55,665 nucleotides of DNA from [Ruminococcus] lactaris (lineage in GTDB: Bacteria > Bacteroidota > Bacteroidia > Bacteroidales > Muribaculaceae), in NCBI GenBank assembly GCA_963615935.1, contig CAVEIP010000003.1, positions 1 through 55,665 on the forward strand, in the 5' to 3' direction. Positions 28,480-34,217 of this stretch are shown piece by piece. The notes below the pieces were generated by a model. It was not told the DNA's origin. It saw only the letters and a list, made by a program, of their open reading frames with translations, and made no database searches. Made by a program: the position numbers and the translations under genes. Each line of letters opens with the position of its first letter. The first letter of the stretch is position 1.

Positions 28480-29598
28480 ATGAAAAAGACCTTTACTCTC
28501 TTGCTTCTCGCCGTTGTGGCATTGCCTGCCGTGGCGGCGCTCAATGCCCACCAGCGCTCGCTGAAGGCGAGCCACACTCTGTCGGTGCCGGTGGTCAATC
28601 CAGCAACCGACGTGACCGATGCCGGATTCACCGCCAACTGGGAGTCGGTGGGCGAGGCCAACGGCTATATGGTTTACACTTACATCCGCCACAAGGCTCC
28701 TGCCGATGAGCAGTACAACTTCTGCAACGACGACTTCAGTGGCTTCAAATACGGCTCCATCGATAGCCCGTTTGACCTGGGCTACGGCTGGCTCGACGGC
28801 TATATGAGCCGCACCAACTGGTATGTCTACGGCGCTTTTTCGTGCAACGGGGTGCTCGGGCTCTACAACGACAAGTCGGCTACCACTAAGGGCATGTTGA
28901 TGTCGCCGATGTACGACCTCAAGAATGCCGGCGGCAAGGCCACGGTGTCGTTCCGCGCACGCACCACGGGTACGGCTACGGTGGCTGTCTACGCCACTGA
29001 ATATCTGATGGCGGGACAGAGTTATGCGCTTGGCAAGGTGGCAAAGGCTTCGCTCACCACCGATTGGGCTGACTATTCGCTGGAAATCGACGGCGGCGTG
29101 CAGGGTTGCTACATCGAAATCGATATGGTCGACGGCACGGACAATGCCTATTTCGATAGCCTTACCATCTCTCAGCAACTGACTGAAGGCGATGAGACTA
29201 TGCTTGTCTACGACTACCGCGAGGTGGACAACGTGACGAGTGTGCGCATCGACACTCCCGACAAGGTGGCGGGCGATGTGTACTGGTACCAGGTGGCGGC
29301 GATGAAGACTCTCTCCAACGGCCAATTGGTGAACGACTCCGAATATAGCGACTTGGTGGAGGTGAAGGGCGACGGTGCTGTGGCTGATGTTTTTGCCGAT
29401 GGCGCTACTGTGAAGACAATTGCTGGTGGCATCATTGTGAGCAATCCTCAGCATCAGGGTGTTGCGGTCTATGCCCTCGATGGCCGACTCGTGCATGCCG
29501 ACAACTTGGGTGCCGAGAGCCAGTCGGTAGCCTTGCCGCGAGGCGTCTACGTTGTGCGCATCGGCACGCAGTCGTTCAAAATCGCCCTCGCCCTATAG
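28480..29598 (+). CDS. T9SS-secreted modular protein, short paralog of the same family
   Basis: 372 aa with a signal peptide (MKKTFTLLLLAVVALPAVAA). One Fn3-like module (TDAGFTANWESVGEANGYMVYTY), a beta-sandwich segment (DDFSGFKYG...SPMYDLKNAGGKATVSFRAR) and a T9SS C-terminal domain (VAVYALDGRLVHA...RGVYVVRIGTQSFKIAL). Confidence 0.85.
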   Translation: MKKTFTLLLLAVVALPAVAALNAHQRSLKASHTLSVPVVNPATDVTDAGFTANWESVGEANGYMVYTYIRHKAPADEQYNFCNDDFSGFKYGSIDSPFDLGYGWLDGYMSRTNWYVYGAFSCNGVLGLYNDKSATTKGMLMSPMYDLKNAGGKATVSFRARTTGTATVAVYATEYLMAGQSYALGKVAKASLTTDWADYSLEIDGGVQGCYIEIDMVDGTDNAYFDSLTISQQLTEGDETMLVYDYREVDNVTSVRIDTPDKVAGDVYWYQVAAMKTLSNGQLVNDSEYSDLVEVKGDGAVADVFADGATVKTIAGGIIVSNPQHQGVAVYALDGRLVHADNLGAESQSVALPRGVYVVRIGTQSFKIALAL

Positions 29599-29653
29599 CG
29601 TGTTCAGCGAGTGGATAGCGTCCAGAGTGCATCCTACTTGCTAGTGAGGTGAG

Positions 29654-29760
29654 AGCGTCCCGTCGGGACGCCGTATTGATAACCCCAGGCTTCAGCCTGG
29701 GGTGACTGATACACAGCGACTTGCGCCCTGTAAGCGGCGCTACAGGGGCGAGATTGCTTG
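29654..29760 (+). repeat. Copy A of a ~108-bp three-hairpin intergenic element
   Basis: Hairpins: GCGTCCC-GTC-GGGACGC (29655-29671); CCCCAGGC-TTCA-GCCTGGGG (29683-29702); CGCCCTGTA...TACAGGGGCG (about 29724-29750). The reverse complement aligns by eye at roughly 90% identity (11 mismatches, 1 indel) with 32477-32584. Confidence 0.85.
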
Positions 29761-29796
29761 AAAAAAATAGGCTGATAGTCAAACGACTATCAGCCT
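29761..29796 (-). terminator. Rho-independent terminator of tRNA-Leu
   Basis: Perfect 12-bp stem AGGCTGATAGTC (29769-29780) / GACTATCAGCCT (29785-29796) with a 4-nt loop. On the minus strand it is followed by ATTTTTTT. It starts 7 nt after the tRNA 3' end. Confidence 0.8.
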
Positions 29797-29803
29797 TTAT
29801 TTG

Positions 29804-29887
29804 TACCCGAGATCGGACTCGAACCGACAAGGTTGTTACACCACTAGAACCTGAAACTAGCGCGTCTACCAATTTCGCCACCCGGGT
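29804..29887 (-). tRNA. tRNA-Leu (anticodon CAG), class II with a long variable arm
   Basis: The minus strand reads ACCCGGG-TG-GCG-AAATTGGTAGA-CGC-G-CTAGT-TTCAGGT-TCTAG-(variable arm TGGTGTAACAACCTT)-GTCGG-TTCGAGT-CCGAT-CTCGGGT-A, 84 nt in total. The 7-bp acceptor stem has one G-U pair, the T-loop is TTCGAGT, U33 and G37 flank CAG, and the discriminator is A73. The D-arm is near-identical to E. coli tRNA-Leu(CAG). CCA is not encoded. Confidence 0.92.
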
Positions 29888-29904
29888 ATCAAGTTTTAGT
29901 GGAG

Positions 29905-29935
29905 CAAAATTACTACACTTTTCCGAAAAGGCAAA
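29905..29935 (-). promoter_or_regulatory. Canonical Bacteroidota promoter (TTTG-N19-TAATTTTG) for tRNA-Leu
   Basis: Plus-strand CAAAATTA (29905-29912) is TAATTTTG on the minus strand. Plus-strand CAAA (29932-29935) is TTTG, exactly 19 nt upstream. The box ends 17 nt before the mature tRNA 5' end. Confidence 0.7.
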
Positions 29936-29965
29936 ATCTTTTGGCTCGAAAATGCAAGAATCGTG

Positions 29966-30616
29966 CTATTCTTTTTCGCCGAAAGCAAGGTCGCCAGCGT
30001 CGCCGAGACCAGGGATGATGTACTTATGCTCGTTCAACTCATCGTCGATGGCGCCCACATAGAGTGTGGTGTCGGCTGGGAATTTGTCCTTGATGAAGTC
30101 GATGGCTTGGCGCGTGGCAATAATCGAAACAATGTAGATTTTGCTCGGTGTGCCTTTGGTGCGTAAAGCCTCGTAGGCAAGTTCCATCGATGCGCCAGTG
30201 GCGAGCATCGGGTCGGTGATGATGAGCACCTTGTCGTCGATGCGCGGAGAGGCGATATACTCGATGTGGATGTGGAACTCGCTCTCGCTGTCGTACTTGC
30301 GGAACGCCGACACGAAGGCGTTTTCAGCACTGTCGAAATAGTTCTGCACTCCCTGGTGCAACGGCAGACCGGCGCGCAGGATGGTGGCGATGACCACAGG
30401 GTCGGCCACTACGTTGCTTTGTGCCGTGCCGAGGCACGTAGGTGTTTCGATGGCTTTGTAGTTGAGGGTCTGCGAGATTTCATAGGCTGCAATTTCTCCT
30501 ATGCGCTCAATGTTGCGGCGGAAGCGCATCATGTCCTTCTGGATTGTTTCGTCGCGGAGTTCGCGCATAAACACGTTGACAATCGAACGGGTATCGGCAA
30601 AATTAATGATTTTCAT
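29966..30616 (-). CDS. upp: Uracil phosphoribosyltransferase
   Basis: 216 aa. PRPP-binding motif VLIITDPMLATGAS and C-terminal YIIPGLGDAGD. Confidence 0.93.
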   Translation of the reverse strand: MKIINFADTRSIVNVFMRELRDETIQKDMMRFRRNIERIGEIAAYEISQTLNYKAIETPTCLGTAQSNVVADPVVIATILRAGLPLHQGVQNYFDSAENAFVSAFRKYDSESEFHIHIEYIASPRIDDKVLIITDPMLATGASMELAYEALRTKGTPSKIYIVSIIATRQAIDFIKDKFPADTTLYVGAIDDELNEHKYIIPGLGDAGDLAFGEKE

Positions 30617-31544
30617 ATGATAAGGATTGTGTTAATATTTCTGTTACTGTCTGCTTGTCGGCGGTGAGTTGCTGCTGCAGGTCGCTGAGACTCGCCATGG
30701 GGCGGCAGTTGCGCACTCGCGCTATGAATTCCACCGTCAGCGTCGCTCCGTAGATGTCGGCAGAAAAGTCGAAGATGTTTACCTCGATGGTGCGCTTGCC
30801 GTCGCTGCGCACCGACGGAGCGCCTATGTTGAGCATCCCGCCGTATTCCTTCCCGCCTACGCTGACGCGCACGGCATAGACACCATCCTTGGGAATGAGG
30901 AGCGGGTGGGGGCCGCAGTCGATGTTGGCGGTGGGGAAGCCTATCTGTCGGCCGTTGTGCTTGCCGTCGACCACTGTGCCTGTGAGCGTGTAGCGGCGGC
31001 CGAGCATCTGCGCGGCTTCAGCCACCTTCCCATCGTTGAGTAGGCTGCGCACTGCCGACGAACTTACATGGTCCGAGCCTTCAAGTTCTGGCGCGGCAAC
31101 GACTTCAATGCCAAGGTCTTCGCCGTAGCGGCGGTAGTCGTCGAAGGTCTCGTTGCTCTTCTTTCCGAAGTGGTGGTTGAAGCCCACCACGAGCAGGCGC
31201 ACGTTGTAGTCGGTGTGTATCTTGCGGAGAAACTCGTAGGCAGTCATCGAGGCAAACTCGCGCGTGAAGTTGAACACCACAGTGTAGTCGATGCCTGTGG
31301 CGCCCAGCAGGGCGGTCTTGCTATTGATGTCGGTGAGCAGACGCAGGTCGCTGTCGGGGCGGAAGAGCAGTTGCGGATGGGAGGCAAAGGTCATCACCGC
31401 CGTGGCGAGGCTGCGCCGTGAGGCTTCGCTACGGAGAAAGTCAATGACAGCACGGTGTCCGCGGTGCACACCGTCAAACATGCCCACCGTTGCGGCCAGC
31501 GGCGGCAACTGCGGGATGCGTGGACTGTCGTTGATTATGGTCAT
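30603..31544 (-). CDS. ribF: Bifunctional riboflavin kinase / FMN adenylyltransferase
   Basis: 313 aa. N-terminal FAD synthetase motif GMFDGVHRGH and C-terminal riboflavin kinase (IGFPTANI...EVNIFDF). 14-nt overlap with upp. Confidence 0.93.
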   Translation of the reverse strand: MTIINDSPRIPQLPPLAATVGMFDGVHRGHRAVIDFLRSEASRRSLATAVMTFASHPQLLFRPDSDLRLLTDINSKTALLGATGIDYTVVFNFTREFASMTAYEFLRKIHTDYNVRLLVVGFNHHFGKKSNETFDDYRRYGEDLGIEVVAAPELEGSDHVSSSAVRSLLNDGKVAEAAQMLGRRYTLTGTVVDGKHNGRQIGFPTANIDCGPHPLLIPKDGVYAVRVSVGGKEYGGMLNIGAPSVRSDGKRTIEVNIFDFSADIYGATLTVEFIARVRNCRPMASLSDLQQQLTADKQTVTEILTQSLSYENH

Positions 31545-32173
31545 CAGTCGTTGAATGCGTTGGTAAATTCTGAGCCTTCAGCCACGAGCCATGTGCGGAA
31601 GCCGAGGGCTGCCGCAGCGTCGAGGTTGGTTTGCGAATCGTCGAAAAACAATGTCTCTTCGGGGCGCACGCCAAATTTGCGCACCACGGCGTCGAAAATC
31701 TTTTTGTCGGGCTTTGCCACACCCTCCTCGAAACTCGTGCATATGCCGTCGAAATAGTCCTCGCGGCATTTGCCGTCCTTTTCAAACTCAGTGCGGATGC
31801 GCTGGCTGAACATTATCGGGTTGGTGTTGGAAAGCATATAGATGCGGTAGTCCTTGCGGAGCGCCTCAAGGGCGCGCAAACGGGCTACGGGGATGCCTAA
31901 TAAGAAGGCATTCAAAGCCTTGTCGATGGCTTCGTCGGTCAATGGTTGGTCGGAACGGCTGCGGATGTAGTCGCGGAAATCCTCCGCCGACATCTTGCCC
32001 TCTTCCAATTGGAGAAATGCGCCGACCTGGCAATAGTCGCCAAGCAACTCGCCAACACCCCTAACCTTGAGGTCCTCGAGCGCCTTTACGCAGTTTTCCC
32101 GGCGAATGTCCATAATGACACCGCCCAAATCAAACAGGAGATTCTTCACCCCCTCCAATTTTCCTTTGACCAT
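31544..32173 (-). CDS. HAD-superfamily hydrolase (subfamily IA-like)
   Basis: Trimmed to the ATG at 32173 (MVKGKLEGVKNLLFDLGGVIMD), giving 209 aa. HAD motifs are I FDLGGV, II MLSNTN and IV FFDDS. The TTG-initiated 228-aa version would extend into the upstream tandem repeat. Confidence 0.85.
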   Translation of the reverse strand: MVKGKLEGVKNLLFDLGGVIMDIRRENCVKALEDLKVRGVGELLGDYCQVGAFLQLEEGKMSAEDFRDYIRSRSDQPLTDEAIDKALNAFLLGIPVARLRALEALRKDYRIYMLSNTNPIMFSQRIRTEFEKDGKCREDYFDGICTSFEEGVAKPDKKIFDAVVRKFGVRPEETLFFDDSQTNLDAAAALGFRTWLVAEGSEFTNAFND

Positions 32174-32185
32174 AGAAATTTTTTG

Positions 32186-32357
32186 CAAAGATAGTGCAAG
32201 CCGAGGGAAATGAAAAGGAACTTGTTCCAATTTTCATTTCCGAGGCGCAGCCTATCTTATCCAAAGATAGTGCAAGCCGAGGGAAAAACATTCAAGCATG
32301 CTTGAAAATGTTTTGCCGAGATGCAGCCTATCTTATCCAAAGATAGTGCAAGCCGAG
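32186..32357. repeat. Tandem repeat with an exact 76-bp period (two full units plus one partial)
   Basis: The 35-nt core GCAGCCTATCTTATCCAAAGATAGTGCAAGCCGAG occurs at 32247-32281 and 32323-32357. Its 3' 20 nt also occur at 32186-32205. The core contains the inverted repeat CTATCTT/AAGATAG. On the minus strand it carries TATCTTTG, which matches TAnnTTTG. The inter-core segments are unrelated in sequence, but both form long bulged hairpins. Confidence 0.85.
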
Positions 32358-32476
32358 CGAGAAGCGAATGAGCGAGCCTCGGAGAGGCGAAATGTTCCAA
32401 AACCCCACGGCTTTAGCCTGGGGCCAAGCCAATTACCTAGTAATTGCGTGCTGTAGGTACGCCACCGCACTATCTC

Positions 32477-32584
32477 CAAGCAACCACACTCCTGTAGCGC
32501 CACTTACAGGGCACAACTCGCTGTGTATCAGTTAACCCCAGGCTGAAGCCTGGGGTTGTCGATACGGCGTTCCGACGGGACGCT
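32477..32584 (-). repeat. Copy B of the ~108-bp three-hairpin intergenic element, inverted relative to copy A
   Basis: It aligns with the reverse complement of 29654-29760. The central hairpin CCCCAGGCTGAAGCCTGGGG is identical. The stop-proximal hairpin (the one nearest the AMP-ligase stop) carries a C-to-T change that keeps pairing as G-U. Confidence 0.85.
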
Positions 32585-32661
32585 TTGGGCAGGTGGTACA
32601 ACAAAGTTGCTGAGTTCTTTGCTGAAATTAAAGTCTTTTGTGCAAGTATGAGAGGCGCCGC

Positions 32662-33972
32662 CTATTGATTTCGGTATGCCTTCCGGTTGATTTTGCCGTT
32701 GAAGGTGCGCTTGATCTCCGACACTTGCTCGTAGAGTGTGGGCACTTTGTAGGGCTCGAGGCGCTGAGCGATGGCGCGCGCTATGGTGCGCTTGTCGAAG
32801 GGTTGGCCTTCAGCGGTGACCACGAGCAGTTTCAGCACCATGCCGAGCACGCGGTGGGTAGCCTCGATGCAGATGCAGTCTGCCACCTGCGGCAATGCCG
32901 CTGCGGCGGCTTCAACCTCGGTGGGAACAACCTTGAACCCACCCACATTGATCACGTCGCCGTCGCGGCCCGTGAGCCGTAAGCGTCCTTTCTCGTCAAT
33001 GTGTCCGAGGTCGGAGGTGTAGAGCACTCCGTCGCGTAGCACGGTCTGCGTGAGAGCCTCGTCGCCGAGATAGCCGCTCATCAGGGTCCTGCCGCTGCAG
33101 GCAATGTGGCCGTCGGCGGTGATAATGAGCCGTGAATGGCGCATAGGGCGGCCAAGGCAGCCGGCAAGGCATTCGCCGGCGTTGTAGTTGAACGTGGCGA
33201 TGATGCCCGTTTCGGTCGATGCGTAGGTGTTGTAGAGCCGCGTAGAGGGCAACACCTCGCAGAGGCGCTGCATGTCGGCCTCGGCAATTGGCGCTGCGCC
33301 AGTTTCGATAAACTCAATCTTGTGGGCGTAGCCAGCGAGGCGGTCGCCAGCAAAGGAAAGGAGCATACGGATGGCCGACGGCACAAGGAAGGTGGCAACT
33401 GGCCCGGGGGCATTGTCGATGGTGCGGAAAAAGGCGTCGAGGTCGCGCATGCCGTTGACAATCACCGTGGTGCCGCCCACAAGGATGGTGGGGTAGACCT
33501 TCGACAAACTCCCGATGTGGTTAAGTGGGCCGTTGACGATAAACGTGATGCCGCTGTGGTATCCTTGAGCGTCTATCAGGTTTTCGGCGTCGGCAACGAT
33601 GGTGGCGTGACTTATCATCACGCCTTTCGGCTTACCAGTGGTGCCAGTGGTGAAAAGTACGTCGGCAATGCCCTCGGGCACGCTGGCCTCGGCGCACAGC
33701 CGCTCCACGTCGGTCACCAGCGCATCCGGACAGCCGCTTTCCAGCGGCACTGCTACGCGTTCTGCCATGTGGATAGCCAAATACCTTACGAGGAAGTCGG
33801 CGCTCTGAGAAGCGCGGAAAACGGCAAGTCGGCCTTCGCCCTTCATCTGCGCTGCCATCTGGCGCACCTCCCCAAGCAACTGGGCATAGGTCAAGCGGCT
33901 GTCGCCACAAGCCACAGCCACCTTGTCGCCGCATTCGGCAGCGAGGCGCGCGAGATGGTCAACGAGTCTCAT
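32662..33972 (-). CDS. AMP-dependent synthetase/ligase (starter-acid adenylating enzyme, ApeH-like role)
   Basis: 436 aa. Adenylate-forming motifs TTGTTGKPKGV, YTSDLGHIDEKGRLRLTGRDGDVINVGGFKV and GKINRKA. 4-nt overlap with the upstream ACP gene. It is the last gene of the operon. Confidence 0.9.
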   Translation of the reverse strand: MRLVDHLARLAAECGDKVAVACGDSRLTYAQLLGEVRQMAAQMKGEGRLAVFRASQSADFLVRYLAIHMAERVAVPLESGCPDALVTDVERLCAEASVPEGIADVLFTTGTTGKPKGVMISHATIVADAENLIDAQGYHSGITFIVNGPLNHIGSLSKVYPTILVGGTTVIVNGMRDLDAFFRTIDNAPGPVATFLVPSAIRMLLSFAGDRLAGYAHKIEFIETGAAPIAEADMQRLCEVLPSTRLYNTYASTETGIIATFNYNAGECLAGCLGRPMRHSRLIITADGHIACSGRTLMSGYLGDEALTQTVLRDGVLYTSDLGHIDEKGRLRLTGRDGDVINVGGFKVVPTEVEAAAAALPQVADCICIEATHRVLGMVLKLLVVTAEGQPFDKRTIARAIAQRLEPYKVPTLYEQVSEIKRTFNGKINRKAYRNQ

Positions 33973-34193
33973 TTCTTTGCCAGTTTGCTCTCCACGAGAG
34001 CCACCAGAGAGTCGAGCGATTTGAAGTTCTTTGGCGTTACGTCGCTTGACTCAAGGTCGATGCCGTATTCTTCGGAAAGAATCATCAGAATGTTGGTGAT
34101 GCCCAGCGAATCGAGTTCGTTGAACAGGAAATCGGAGTCGAAATCGACCAGCGGAAGAGCGTCTTCCAGGAGTTCTCTAATTTTTTCTTTCAT
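33969..34193 (-). CDS. Acyl carrier protein (third ACP of the cluster)
   Basis: 74 aa, acidic. Phosphopantetheine-site motif ELDSLGITNILM. Confidence 0.85.
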   Translation of the reverse strand: MKEKIRELLEDALPLVDFDSDFLFNELDSLGITNILMILSEEYGIDLESSDVTPKNFKSLDSLVALVESKLAKK

Positions 34194-34217
34194 ATCTTAG
34201 TCTTTTCGTTTGTCTGG

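Noticed and set aside
28459-29496. 345-aa minus-strand ORF covering most of 28480..29598. The same situation applies to the 312-aa ORF at 26915..27853.
   Set aside because: The plus-strand frame has a signal peptide, the FTANW Fn3-like signature, a T9SS C-terminal domain, a canonical promoter and paralogs elsewhere. The minus-strand translation has no features.
29576-29881. 101-aa minus-strand ORF downstream of the T9SS gene.
   Set aside because: It runs through the tRNA-Leu gene, its terminator and repeat element copy A. It has no motif support.
32186-32357. The regular repeat/spacer layout (35-nt repeat, 41-nt spacer) could be a small CRISPR array.
   Set aside because: There are only two full repeats and one partial repeat. 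No cas genes lie nearby. The spacers are themselves long palindromes bounded by a common CCGAG word. The repeat also overlaps a promoter-like box next to a gene start. It is reported instead as a tandem structured repeat.
29804-32584. A tRNA gene flanked by inverted repeats might mark an integrated mobile element or genomic island.
   Set aside because: No integrase, transposase, excisionase or other mobility gene lies in or next to the segment. The enclosed genes (upp, ribF, HAD) are housekeeping. The repeats are inverted rather than the direct att-type duplications of a tRNA 3' end.
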